From a virus, in IMG/VR virus record IMGVR_UViG_3300008952_002784, positions 72,954 to 136,953 of that record: DNA of 64,000 nucleotides; one strand, given 5' to 3'. Below are positions 10,422 through 21,192 of the stretch, one piece after another. The stretch's first letter is position 1; each line of letters starts with the position of its first letter. Under the pieces are notes generated by a model, which saw only the letters and a list, made by a program, of their open reading frames with translations, made no database searches and had not been told where the DNA came from. Made by a program: the position numbers and the translations under genes.

Positions 10422-13400
10422 TGGCATTGACAACGCTGGGCGGTACTACAAGCACTACCAGAGACACTGGAGTAGCTACTAGTTCATCATCACAAACATC
10501 TAGCAAGAGTGGAACAGTTTCAGCTGATATAACTAATTTGCTCGAGACTGGTACTAGTTATGATGATCTGATGTCGGTAAATCTGACTATAATTGCTGAT
10601 GCGCTAACAGAAGAAGAAGAACCCGCGGGCGTTATAGATGCACTAGAATTGGGTGTAGTTTCTCTAGAAACAGTTGCAGAGCCTACATCACAAAAAACTA
10701 GAGTAACTGTCAATAACTCATTCTCTTTGAGTGAAGTGACGGGATTTCTATCTGATATAAACACAGATGGCACTCGACCTAAAGTAATACTATCAATTGA
10801 TGCAGCAGATTTTGCAGTATTTGATACACATAATTTATTGCAAGCACGCCGTCTAGTCAGGTATATGCGCACTTCTAACTTAGATGCACTAACAGACTCT
10901 GCAATGAGTGTTGATCCAGATGGAATTATGACTGCACTGGCAGAGAATGTTGCTGTGATAGACGAGGAATTGGTCGATCAATTTGCAGCAATACAGTATG
11001 CTAGAAAGACTATGAACACAGCAGCTGATGCAATAGATTTAAAATTCTCAGAAGTAGCAATAATGGATCTAGCTGCTTCAAATTCATCAGATCTACTAAC
11101 TGATTCTGAAGCATCTGGATTTATACCGCCAGCATCATTTGAGGGCTTTCTCAAGTCAATGGTAGGGATTACAGGCTATGATCCTGGAGAAACATCAAAT
11201 ACTAAAATGATTGCAATTGCATGTAATGACATTGTGAGGTCAATATATACACTCGGCCCTGGCGCAGACGCTGGCCCTAGTCGAGGAGGTCAATCAACAA
11301 CTGAGGGATACGTTTCATTCGGAGTAACAGAAGCATCTTCTGGCCTCCCGGAATCTTCAACATATCATAATAGTCGAAAAGAAGATCTATTTTCACCCGG
11401 ACTTCATAACTTAAGTGCGCTAAGATTTCGTAAGTCACTGTATTCTCCAGTTTGGGCTGGTGATATTTCACTTATTGATCAGCTCTCAACTGATTCTTTG
11501 AGTGACAGAGCAGTAGCAATTGCAACAACGTTGTCAAACATACTGATAACATCGGCAGGAATAGGTCGTTTAAGCGGTACTGAAATGGGCTCGAGATTCT
11601 CAGTTACAGATGGTTATGGGGGTTTAGAAAAAGCTTTTGGTGCCCTTCCAATGACAGTCACAGATAATATACTCAATATGTCATTTGAAGAAGGCTCTAT
11701 TCTCGACTCAGTTGTCATTGGCGAAGAATTGGGAGACACAGAGTTAAGAATTCTACCATTTGAGTCAGGACACTACCCGAATCAAACATCACCACCAGTT
11801 GTCTCGGGTCGTGACTATTTTACAGAGCTTCCAATACGTTATCCGACTGCTGGAAGAACTAACAATTTTTCTGAATTTGCTAGCAGTTTTTCATCGATAG
11901 TTTCAGATTCGGGTGATTACTTAGAAGAATTGTATGCAGTATCTGAGGACACTAACTTATCACCCGACAAGATATTAGCTGCTGTTTTGCAAGAATTTGC
12001 AACGTATCTTCAAAAACTATCTATATCGTCTAGTAGTTTTGACTATAATGAAATGACTGCTCTTTCATGCAAAGTATATAGTGAGGCGCGCGCTCATGAC
12101 GGCGTAGCAAGATATGACGCATATTCAGATTCAGAAATGCCGTCTGCAATCTCATCAGGGTATGCGGGTATAGATTCATTTTATGGTGAAGCTACACTGT
12201 CAAGTATGCTTTCTGGACAATACACAACTAGCACATCCGGCGCCAGTGTGCGTGGTTTGACGATGATTCAAATGCTAGCACGTCAATCATACTTGATGTC
12301 TTACGAATATGATCAATTATTATCTGATACTGAAAAGTCGGTAATACCCACATCAAGTAATCTAGATGTTTTTGCTGATGATGTATATGCATCAGATTCT
12401 TTGTCAACATCTGTCAAAAACTATAGAATTGCCCTAGAAAAACATTATAATTCGGGAGGATCTTCATCAGTTACAGCAGACGGAATTCTAGACGAAACAA
12501 TAAGTATATCACCCTCTATACTGTCGCAAGCTGAGTCTTTAATACTCTTTAGAGACATGACAAATAATAGGCGAGGTAACTTATCAAAAACAAGCTACAT
12601 AGAAGAAGACGGTTGGAACATTGATAATAGTACAGATCCTCTATCACTATACAATGGTGACGGATTTGGTGTAATTACTGATTCACCTGACGACTCTTTA
12701 GTATACTCATCTGTTAGATTCACTAGATCGTTGCAAAAAGCCGCGATGGAATTGTCGAAACGTAACGGCGCCGACGAAACATCGTATCTAGATTCAAATG
12801 GATTGACTAACTTTGGAAATGTCAGTGATAATCAAATTATGTTTCTGGTTACAGATTTATATTCAACACTAGCCAAGATGTTATTTTCGATAAAGGCTGC
12901 ATGGTGCAGTAGTGAATATCAAATAGATACAACAGAAACTACAGAGGCACAAAATGTAGCACTTGAGGTGAAATTTGGTGGTGTTAGCGGAACATCTGAT
13001 GTAACTCTCAAATCCGGAGTTGCTATGCTTGATTGGGACCATGACATGCACCAAAAGATGTCATCAACACTTGCAGCTTTAGTAAGTTCAATACAGACAG
13101 GGTCAAAATTAACTGACTTGTTCACATCAACAGGAGAAGAATCATCGATAGCAGGGGTGTCTAAGACATCTGTTATTTCTTTAGAGGGTACAACTCCTGA
13201 CATGCTGATAAACATGCTGGAGCGATCAAAATTAACACGACGACATGTAAAGTATTGTGCCAGCCTACTAAAATCTGTTGCAGACAACTTAACTAATTCT
13301 TCGTCCAATGCACTAGATCTAGTTGATTTTCTATCAAACCCCAGTACAAACAGTCTAGAATCCTCAGGCATGTCAGATTCTTCTGTGGACTTTTTAGCAA

Positions 13401-14695
13401 AAATATATACTGCAGCAGCCAAACAACCCGGTGGTAATGAATATCAAACATTTAGACACTTGACATCTCAGCAACTATCGCTTAAGTTAGTTGACAAAGA
13501 AAGGATGACGTCTGAAGACGGCAGATCATCTTACACAATGAAGTCAGCCACTATGTGCAAAGCAGAAAGAGTTGCTGTAGACTCACTAGTTGATAAGATT
13601 GCCGAAGAAGATGAAGAGTACGGTAACGGTTACATAATATCATCGATAGGCATGCCATCAGGAGCAATTGAATTACTTCGAAGACCTACTGGCTTTTCCG
13701 GTGAAGCATTATCATCTAACACGTCTACACAAATAAAAGTAACTAAGTCAACAGTTTCTGAGGTTTTCAAGACTCTTACGTACCCAAGTCAATCTGTGAC
13801 ATTTGACTTTGAATTATTTTTGCTACCAGACTCTTTTGATAGCATAACTACCATAGTAGACACTGGAGAAGACACGACAACGTCTGCGTTGTGGGCTGAT
13901 GTTGTCGATTCTGCAATACTCTATAGAGTAAGAGCTGGAGAAATAGTAGAATCTGGAAACTGGACATCTCTGGGTATATCTGTAGATGTTGCGGAAGCAC
14001 ATGTTCGAAGCCATGTCGTATCTCTACTATTTTTTGAAATATTTGGAATATCACTTTCAGAAGGCGATTTCTTTATCAATAGTATGTCATCAATATCAAA
14101 ACCGGCTATAGATAAGGAAGCGTACGATACTTTAGAATCAGTGTTATCTGACACTAGTGTGGCATCATCAAGCGGACTAAACGCAAATTCTTTGCACAAA
14201 CTTCTACTGCCGGGAAAACATAACAATGATTTCTATTTTGCTATTTCTGATGGTACTCTAGACAACACAATTCATGGAAAGGACGTCACAGTTGATGTGG
14301 AGGGGACACAAGTAGTCGTTACAACCCCACCGTCAGCAACACGAGAAGAACTTCGAAGAATTGTCTCACTGGGTCAAACAAATCTTTACGCCGGGAAAAT
14401 TAAGAATTCTAGAATAATGGCACCGTCTAGATTTGACAGAGTATTTAATTTTATGTTACCAAAAGTGTATAGTGACGGTGATCAGGTAAACAACATAGCT
14501 TCGTCAGGAACTAGCAACTTGCCTGGCGCGACAGTAGATCTACAGTCAGATATTCAGTCACTGCAAGATGCAGTAGTCAATTATGATGTAGATGACACCG
14601 GAACAAGCACAATTAATGTTGGTAACAATTCAATTGAAGTTAAAGAATTGGCTTATCACTTAGATACAATTTACTATTCAGTAGAAATGGTATAA
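10421..14695 (+). CDS. Large acidic Ser/Thr-rich hypothetical structural protein
   Basis: 1424-aa ORF; TAATG overlap with the upstream gene; no catalytic motif recognised. Confidence 0.55.
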   Translation: MALTTLGGTTSTTRDTGVATSSSSQTSSKSGTVSADITNLLETGTSYDDLMSVNLTIIADALTEEEEPAGVIDALELGVVSLETVAEPTSQKTRVTVNNSFSLSEVTGFLSDINTDGTRPKVILSIDAADFAVFDTHNLLQARRLVRYMRTSNLDALTDSAMSVDPDGIMTALAENVAVIDEELVDQFAAIQYARKTMNTAADAIDLKFSEVAIMDLAASNSSDLLTDSEASGFIPPASFEGFLKSMVGITGYDPGETSNTKMIAIACNDIVRSIYTLGPGADAGPSRGGQSTTEGYVSFGVTEASSGLPESSTYHNSRKEDLFSPGLHNLSALRFRKSLYSPVWAGDISLIDQLSTDSLSDRAVAIATTLSNILITSAGIGRLSGTEMGSRFSVTDGYGGLEKAFGALPMTVTDNILNMSFEEGSILDSVVIGEELGDTELRILPFESGHYPNQTSPPVVSGRDYFTELPIRYPTAGRTNNFSEFASSFSSIVSDSGDYLEELYAVSEDTNLSPDKILAAVLQEFATYLQKLSISSSSFDYNEMTALSCKVYSEARAHDGVARYDAYSDSEMPSAISSGYAGIDSFYGEATLSSMLSGQYTTSTSGASVRGLTMIQMLARQSYLMSYEYDQLLSDTEKSVIPTSSNLDVFADDVYASDSLSTSVKNYRIALEKHYNSGGSSSVTADGILDETISISPSILSQAESLILFRDMTNNRRGNLSKTSYIEEDGWNIDNSTDPLSLYNGDGFGVITDSPDDSLVYSSVRFTRSLQKAAMELSKRNGADETSYLDSNGLTNFGNVSDNQIMFLVTDLYSTLAKMLFSIKAAWCSSEYQIDTTETTEAQNVALEVKFGGVSGTSDVTLKSGVAMLDWDHDMHQKMSSTLAALVSSIQTGSKLTDLFTSTGEESSIAGVSKTSVISLEGTTPDMLINMLERSKLTRRHVKYCASLLKSVADNLTNSSSNALDLVDFLSNPSTNSLESSGMSDSSVDFLAKIYTAAAKQPGGNEYQTFRHLTSQQLSLKLVDKERMTSEDGRSSYTMKSATMCKAERVAVDSLVDKIAEEDEEYGNGYIISSIGMPSGAIELLRRPTGFSGEALSSNTSTQIKVTKSTVSEVFKTLTYPSQSVTFDFELFLLPDSFDSITTIVDTGEDTTTSALWADVVDSAILYRVRAGEIVESGNWTSLGISVDVAEAHVRSHVVSLLFFEIFGISLSEGDFFINSMSSISKPAIDKEAYDTLESVLSDTSVASSSGLNANSLHKLLLPGKHNNDFYFAISDGTLDNTIHGKDVTVDVEGTQVVVTTPPSATREELRRIVSLGQTNLYAGKIKNSRIMAPSRFDRVFNFMLPKVYSDGDQVNNIASSGTSNLPGATVDLQSDIQSLQDAVVNYDVDDTGTSTINVGNNSIEVKELAYHLDTIYYSVEMV

Positions 14696-14707
14696 GGAGG
14701 AGGTACA

Positions 14708-16597
14708 ATGTCACAAACTGCACCTGTGGACTTTATCACAAAGTCTATTACAGATTTAAACGTTCCAGACTGTCCTGTTGACTCTCTAGAGACGCGATTT
14801 ATATATAATTATTTTGTCAACAATGAAATGATTGACGACACAGGCATGCCATTACCTGACGGCGGCACTGCAACACAAATACAAGCTTTACTATCAGGTG
14901 GAACATCACTTAAGTCACTAGCTAGATATGTCACTTTGCAGTGGTCTACGCCAGAACGATTCACATCAAATAATGTGGATCTTTTTCTAGACAATAGTCG
15001 ACTTATTGATTTGAGTGCAGCATCATCTGCGGGCTTAGTAAATAGAGAGACAGATGTCACAATTGACGGCCGTGATATCGTAGTTTATCAGGACAAAGAT
15101 CTAGTCAAACAGATAACTTCTTTGATTGACACATCAGCTCTATATAGATTGGGTGCTCTTCCTGGGTCTGAACTTTCTCAAAATGAAGTAGCTACTCTAT
15201 TGAATGACATGACGCCTGATGATGTAGACGGCGAGCTATTATTAGAGATGGCTTCTGATCCAAGTAGATTTGGTGTCACGTACATTAATGAAGCTGAGGG
15301 GAAAAAGATCGAGCTAAATCCTTTGAGATCAGCAGCTTCACAAAGATTTTCACTTCAAGTAGACAGATCAGTACTAAGAGACATAACAGATCAGCAGTCT
15401 AGAAATCCATTTTCGTCTGATTGCGTATTTTCTTTACTTGATAGAAAGCTAATTGAGGCGTATCAGATGAGCCAAGTTCAAAATGATCATACCGGAATCG
15501 ATCTAGAGTCAGACTTTGAACCAGCCATTCAGGCTTTTGCTGTGTCTTCAGGTGTAACAACATACAGCCCACCTGAGCTTAAAATTGCTGGATATGTTGT
15601 AGAGAAGTTTGAAGTGTTCAAAGACGGCCGCCGCGAGCTCAAAGAATCTATTTTTGTAAGTAATCCGGGTGTTAATCAAACCATTGATACGAAGATAAAA
15701 TACGGAAAGGCATATGCATATACAGTAAGCACAGTATGTTTGCTCAGCTTTACAGAAGCAGTAGTGTCTGGTGGGGGAAGCTCAAATGCTAGTCTAGGGG
15801 GAAATGCAGCAGGTGGCACAACAACGATGTGTCATGTCTCTTGTCTAGTTAGATCACGTAGAAGTAGCGAAAGACTAGTTAATTGCACAGAAGAAATTCC
15901 GCCTACTCCACCAAATGCAATAACATTTACATACGACTATAAGAAAGAGTCATTATACATAGAATGGCAAAATCCAGTTGTCAGGCAAAATGATGTTAAA
16001 AAAATACAAATATTCCGGAGGTCCTCTATATTTGAGCCGTTTACAATAATCGCACAATACGATTTTGACGATTCTATAGAGAAAATAGCAACAGCTGAAG
16101 TAGTCAATAGCAATATCAACTTTATTGTACCCGGGCCTATAAGCCATCATAGTGATAAAGACTTCTCGAGAAGTACAGGGACAGCAGATGCAATTTACGC
16201 ATTATGTTCTATAGACGCTCATGGAATGACTTCTAATTATTCAACTCAATATCATGTAAAATACAATGCTATGAAAAATAACGTAGCAGTCAAGCGGATA
16301 TCTTCAAAGGGTGCACCAAAACAATATCCCAACTCTTTTTTAGACCCACGCTTGGATAAAAATATTTCAAGCCAGCGACTATTAGAAGATAAAATGTCAG
16401 ACTCTAGAAGATATTCTATGAGAGTATACTTTGATCCTGAATACTTACAAGTAAACGACGGCAACGGAGAAGATATGAAATTAATGACATATGACTCCAC
16501 CGGGGTGTATAAGTTCCTAATATTAAATTTAGACAGGCAAAGAACAAGAATGTTAACATTTACATTACAAGATAAGCGTACTCCTACACATCAATGA
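14708..16597 (+). CDS. Structural protein with probable FN3/Ig-like domains
   Basis: GYVVEK..IKYGKAYAYTV and PPTPPNAITF..LYIEWQNP..IQIFRR patterns are FN3-like; strong SD (AAGGAGGAGG). Confidence 0.55.
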   Translation: MSQTAPVDFITKSITDLNVPDCPVDSLETRFIYNYFVNNEMIDDTGMPLPDGGTATQIQALLSGGTSLKSLARYVTLQWSTPERFTSNNVDLFLDNSRLIDLSAASSAGLVNRETDVTIDGRDIVVYQDKDLVKQITSLIDTSALYRLGALPGSELSQNEVATLLNDMTPDDVDGELLLEMASDPSRFGVTYINEAEGKKIELNPLRSAASQRFSLQVDRSVLRDITDQQSRNPFSSDCVFSLLDRKLIEAYQMSQVQNDHTGIDLESDFEPAIQAFAVSSGVTTYSPPELKIAGYVVEKFEVFKDGRRELKESIFVSNPGVNQTIDTKIKYGKAYAYTVSTVCLLSFTEAVVSGGGSSNASLGGNAAGGTTTMCHVSCLVRSRRSSERLVNCTEEIPPTPPNAITFTYDYKKESLYIEWQNPVVRQNDVKKIQIFRRSSIFEPFTIIAQYDFDDSIEKIATAEVVNSNINFIVPGPISHHSDKDFSRSTGTADAIYALCSIDAHGMTSNYSTQYHVKYNAMKNNVAVKRISSKGAPKQYPNSFLDPRLDKNISSQRLLEDKMSDSRRYSMRVYFDPEYLQVNDGNGEDMKLMTYDSTGVYKFLILNLDRQRTRMLTFTLQDKRTPTHQ

Positions 16598-16639
16598 TAG
16601 AAAGTATTTTCAACCTTTTACCAGACACGATAAAGTCAT

Positions 16640-16646
16640 ATACTTA
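16640..16646 (+). promoter_or_regulatory. Putative late promoter motif ATACTTA
   Basis: Intergenic copy of the recurring motif. Confidence 0.55.
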
Positions 16647-16706
16647 ATGAAGAATCGTAGAATAGTGTCACAGTGGCATATAACATAAAGCGGAGGGCAA
16701 GCAATT

Positions 16707-17411
16707 ATGGGTTTCCTTGATCACAGTTCTAATAATATAATCGTCGATGCAGTACTTACAGAGAAGGGTAGAGAGATTTTAGCAACAAATGCTGGCGCAT
16801 TTCAAGTTGTACAATATACTCTAGCAGATGACGAAGTCGACTACAGAATTATTGAGAGATTCGGTCGAACAGTTGGAAAAGAAAAAATAATAAAGAATAC
16901 ACCTGTATTTGAAGCACAAACGATGGGTGAAATTGCGCTCAAACATCCTTTAGTGTCACAGTCAGGGCCCCTGGATACCTTGCCCGTAATGAGTATTGTT
17001 TCTCCGACTAGTCTATCTTTTAAGAAAAATAATACAGCAATTACATTATCACTTGAAACTAAGATGGAAGGTGTATCAACATCAGTTCCGACAGGGTTTC
17101 AAGATACATCATTTATAGTAAGCCTTCCTACAAGATTTCTTAGCTTTAGATCTTCGACGTCGTCGCAGAAATTATATGATACACAAAATATGCACCAAAC
17201 TGCAGTTTATAAAGTAGCAGGAAATGCAACAAATATGGGTACAACATTATCATTGTCACTATCTGTAAATCAGGGTCTAACGACAACAGACTTCAATGTA
17301 TACGGTGATCCAAGCACAAACAAATCATCGATTTCGACAATTGTTACTGTAATTGGTCATCAATCTGGGCTTCGTGCTGATATGCAAATAGAGATAAGAG
17401 ATGAAACATAA
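16707..17411 (+). CDS. Putative baseplate/structural protein
   Basis: MGFLD..IIVDAVLTEKGREILA..LADDEVDY N-terminus, a pattern I associate with large myophage structural genes; SD GGAGG. Confidence 0.5.
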   Translation: MGFLDHSSNNIIVDAVLTEKGREILATNAGAFQVVQYTLADDEVDYRIIERFGRTVGKEKIIKNTPVFEAQTMGEIALKHPLVSQSGPLDTLPVMSIVSPTSLSFKKNNTAITLSLETKMEGVSTSVPTGFQDTSFIVSLPTRFLSFRSSTSSQKLYDTQNMHQTAVYKVAGNATNMGTTLSLSLSVNQGLTTTDFNVYGDPSTNKSSISTIVTVIGHQSGLRADMQIEIRDET

Positions 17412-17434
17412 TCATCAATTTATAGAGGGTTGAG

Positions 17435-18703
17435 ATGGGTAGATTAAAAGACGTTGAGTCAACAAAACAGACTAAATCATATTTGAATCAGTTAGTTGAT
17501 ATCATACAAGAAGATATCTCGGGTTCAAACACGCGCAGAAAATATCAAGTATTTGTAACTGGTGGCGTCGGTCCCGGTGTTACTAGTTCTTTGTTCCAGA
17601 CAATTTATGATCAGAATTTTACACTTCAAACTGCTAATCCGATCATGGATGTTACAGTAGGACTTTATCTTTCTGGCGCAACTGTTCAAACAGCATCAAG
17701 CGGGGAAGATAGTTCAGGGAAATTATTATTTCCTTCTACATCGCTAATGATGAGGGAGAAAGTTGACATATACAGTCAGTATTCAAAGCTTCTTCTTGGC
17801 AATGCTAAGACTGCTTTTTATGCTCCGTATAATGATTCTAATGATGACAACAGGATTGAAAATGCCTACTTCATCTCTTTCAAACGTCTTTTCTCACGAG
17901 ATAAGATCAAGAAAGAAACATTTGCACTAAGATTTTATACTACCGGGGTTGTTGTTTACCCAGAAGAGAAAGATGGAGATTTGAGTGGAGAAACGTCAGG
18001 GATCAATGCAAAACAGCCATACTTCACAAATCTAAATAGAACCAGTACAACGGGTAGTACGATATTCACAGATATCGGTGCAGCAACAAATACTGTACAG
18101 ACATTTGGAGGAGAAGTAGCTAATATTGTACAGGCAGATAACACTGCAAACAAAGTCGGCCTGATCTTTTATGATCACGGCACTATAGTGTTTGATCTCA
18201 ACAAGGTAATGTCTGGAACGCAATTCGTTTCCGGTGTTATTGACGGAATGAACAATAACACTGCACTAGGGTTGTCTTCAGGGAAGACAGTTATTGGAGG
18301 TCTATACGGTGCTGGATCAAAATCAGCGAAATTTATTCCAGACTTAATGACGTCAGCATCAATTGATGATATTGTGGATCACATATGTACTACACGATTC
18401 TCGTCAGGCACACTCACAGCAATGACATTTCAAAATATTACAACTATCAATTCTATGTTGATATTTTGTCGAGCAACTGCAGATGACTTTAACTACTCTT
18501 CTAATCCCACATTTACAAATGATGTGGGAAAAATACGTGTCATCGATCAGGGCCAGGAACAATTCCAGAGATCGTTTACATTTCCGACGACTGTAGGACT
18601 TTATGATGACGTCGGAAACTTATTAGCAGTTGCTAAGATGTCTAGACCAATTGAGAAGAACGATGAAAAAGATGTCACGTTCCGCATACGTTTAGATTTT
18701 TAG
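17435..18703 (+). CDS. Structural protein with tail-collar/fibre-attachment-like C-terminal domain
   Basis: C-terminal TTVGLYDDVGNLLAVAKMSRPIEK..FRIRLDF resembles the tail-collar fibre (DUF3751-like) motif. Confidence 0.55.
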   Translation: MGRLKDVESTKQTKSYLNQLVDIIQEDISGSNTRRKYQVFVTGGVGPGVTSSLFQTIYDQNFTLQTANPIMDVTVGLYLSGATVQTASSGEDSSGKLLFPSTSLMMREKVDIYSQYSKLLLGNAKTAFYAPYNDSNDDNRIENAYFISFKRLFSRDKIKKETFALRFYTTGVVVYPEEKDGDLSGETSGINAKQPYFTNLNRTSTTGSTIFTDIGAATNTVQTFGGEVANIVQADNTANKVGLIFYDHGTIVFDLNKVMSGTQFVSGVIDGMNNNTALGLSSGKTVIGGLYGAGSKSAKFIPDLMTSASIDDIVDHICTTRFSSGTLTAMTFQNITTINSMLIFCRATADDFNYSSNPTFTNDVGKIRVIDQGQEQFQRSFTFPTTVGLYDDVGNLLAVAKMSRPIEKNDEKDVTFRIRLDF

Positions 18704-18726
18704 TTTTAGTAGTAATATGAGTTTTT

Positions 18727-21192
18727 ATGTCAATAATTCCGCTTACATCAGATAATTTTGAATTATTCAAATTAACTGCAAATCCTAAGCGAACATTTAC
18801 TTCAGGAACAGCAGGAGCAACAGGATCTATACCTGTCTTTCCTCGTGCATCAAAGATAGAAAAAGATCCCCAGCCCTCTGATGATTTTGGAACAGGCTCT
18901 TTTGATGCATCGCAAATTGAAGAGTCTAGAAATCAAGCACTAAGCAATTCTTTCCTAACTGGAACACAAGTTGCTGATATTAGTAAGTCTGTTGAATATT
19001 ATATGGAGATGGTTAACTCCGGAACGTTCTCTCCTGTTCGCCAAAAAAAGTTAGATATTCTAAGATTTGAGCCGTCTTATAAGTTTACCAGTGACACACT
19101 GAGAAAAAATGTAGTTCAGAACATTATGTTTCCGTACTATAAGCATCGTTACCCTGATTTAGACTGGTCATATTACAATTATCACACATTGAACTTTTTC
19201 ACAGCGTCAACAGTGCCAAGTGACTCTGTTCTGATATATCCTGCATCGGGAAATTCGTCGACAAATGATTACCCGTACACCCCATCAGATGGATTTACAT
19301 TTGAGTTTTGGTTGAATGCAAGGTATTCTAATGATGTCTCCGGTACATCTTATACTCCGGGTACTATATTTCACAAATCATCATCATATGCAGTTTCATT
19401 AGTTTCTGGAACGTCACGTGATAAGGACGGATTAGTTGACGGCTTTAGAATTCTTTTGCAGCTAAGCCACAGTGCAGATATTCCGCCGTCTAACATATTG
19501 ACTACTGGAACGCTCAAGACGAACATTGATGGAACTTCTTTCAAGAAGGCTGATACCTACTCAGGAAGTGTATCTGGAATAGGTGATCTAATATTCTTGT
19601 CTAGTGATAATATGATACAAAAGAACAAGTGGCATCACGTAGCAGTTCGCTGGGGAGGTCCCAATATCAACAAAGGGACTGGTTCATTTGTCATAGACGG
19701 AATTGAAGATACACGTTTCATAATACAATCCTCGTCAATAATGCCAACCACATTTTCAAGATCAGGACAAGGTGAGTCTGATTGTCTATTTGTAGGCAAT
19801 TATTTTGAAGGTGTCAATAATGGTGATGATGATTGGGGTGGAAGTGTTACTGCACAATTCTTCAATGTCAATGCATCAAAGAAAGATGGCTTGGTAGACT
19901 TTTTTCACGGAAAGTCATCATTAGACTCAGCAGATTCTAGAGATCCGTCGTCTGTATTTTTTCAACACCCACTCAATGCAGAAGTTCACAATCTCAAAAT
20001 ATACTCAGAGCATAGAGATACAGAGCAGATATTCACTTCCAGTATGTACGGTGATGAGTCTATAGAAGATAAGCTTCTATTTTTACTACCGCCATTTTTC
20101 GTAAAAGAGACAAATACAAGAGACGTGATGCTCACGCCATTCGAAACAGAAGAGACAACTACAGATGATCCATTTAATGTATCATTGTCATTCGGTGTAG
20201 GCGGCCATCTCATTAATTTAGAAAACTTCTCAAGAGAGTTTGTCAGAAAGTCTTACCCAAGGCTTTATAATCTAACAGCATCAGTAGTTGAATCTTCTAC
20301 TGGTGAATTCACAGCAAATCAATTTTTATACAAGACAGGATCAGCCTCAAAGAGAAATCTTACAGTACTGCCGTGTGATAATGGAAAATTTACCCCTAAC
20401 TTTACGCTTTTGAAGTCTGGATCTGATCCCGACAATCCCACTTCATCTGACGAAACATCAAAATTTGTAGATGACATGGGCTTTGCGAAGTATGGTCTTA
20501 TATCACTTCGCAATATGGTGTCGACATCCTCACTTCCGAGTGGGGCACAGTCAACAGGCTCTATCGCAGATGTTTTACAGGGCGCAGGTCCAGAAGACCC
20601 AGGAGTCAGTGCAGGATCTATTCTTACAATTCTAAACAGAACACGAGATCCCTCATCTAATGAAGTTGTATTTTTTGATGTGTCAAACATGTTTTATGGT
20701 AGAAAAATAGTTCCAGGGACATTCAAACTTTATGACTCGAGTGTAACAGGTTCTGACGGCAAAGTCAAGATGACAATAAGAGATGACGGCAACGGTCGTC
20801 TATATCGCGCAGATAGTAGAACCACTAACGCAACGTGGAATACAATTGGAAACATCTTGTACGAAGAGGGTATTGTTGTAATAAAGACACCAAACATTCC
20901 TTTGCTTGGCATAGATGGTTATGAGGTATCATTGACAGGAGAACATAATGTATATGTCATGGAAATGAATATTCCGTGCCCTAAGGGACTAGCCAACTCT
21001 TCGTCTAATCCAAACTGGATGCCCCTTAAGCCCACAGACTCTTCAAATGAGTTAAGGGATCAGTTTACATACATAACCGGAATTAATCTTCACGATGAAA
21101 ATCTCAATGTTATAGCTCGAGCAAACCTTTCCCAACCGGTTGTAAAAAGAGAAGACGATAGATACCTCTTTAGATTCAAGATGGATTTTTAG
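18727..21192 (+). CDS. Structural protein with LamG/concanavalin A-like domain and the same C-terminal module as ORF 17435
   Basis: FTFEFWLN and NKWHHVAVRW LamG motifs; C-terminal ITGINLHDENLNVIARANLSQPVVK..FRFKMDF. Confidence 0.65.
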   Translation: MSIIPLTSDNFELFKLTANPKRTFTSGTAGATGSIPVFPRASKIEKDPQPSDDFGTGSFDASQIEESRNQALSNSFLTGTQVADISKSVEYYMEMVNSGTFSPVRQKKLDILRFEPSYKFTSDTLRKNVVQNIMFPYYKHRYPDLDWSYYNYHTLNFFTASTVPSDSVLIYPASGNSSTNDYPYTPSDGFTFEFWLNARYSNDVSGTSYTPGTIFHKSSSYAVSLVSGTSRDKDGLVDGFRILLQLSHSADIPPSNILTTGTLKTNIDGTSFKKADTYSGSVSGIGDLIFLSSDNMIQKNKWHHVAVRWGGPNINKGTGSFVIDGIEDTRFIIQSSSIMPTTFSRSGQGESDCLFVGNYFEGVNNGDDDWGGSVTAQFFNVNASKKDGLVDFFHGKSSLDSADSRDPSSVFFQHPLNAEVHNLKIYSEHRDTEQIFTSSMYGDESIEDKLLFLLPPFFVKETNTRDVMLTPFETEETTTDDPFNVSLSFGVGGHLINLENFSREFVRKSYPRLYNLTASVVESSTGEFTANQFLYKTGSASKRNLTVLPCDNGKFTPNFTLLKSGSDPDNPTSSDETSKFVDDMGFAKYGLISLRNMVSTSSLPSGAQSTGSIADVLQGAGPEDPGVSAGSILTILNRTRDPSSNEVVFFDVSNMFYGRKIVPGTFKLYDSSVTGSDGKVKMTIRDDGNGRLYRADSRTTNATWNTIGNILYEEGIVVIKTPNIPLLGIDGYEVSLTGEHNVYVMEMNIPCPKGLANSSSNPNWMPLKPTDSSNELRDQFTYITGINLHDENLNVIARANLSQPVVKREDDRYLFRFKMDF

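Noticed and set aside
16664-16682. Small hairpin TGTCA-CAG-TGGCA in the leader of ORF 16707
   Set aside because: Only about 5 bp with a G-U pair and a 3-nt loop, which is expected by chance.
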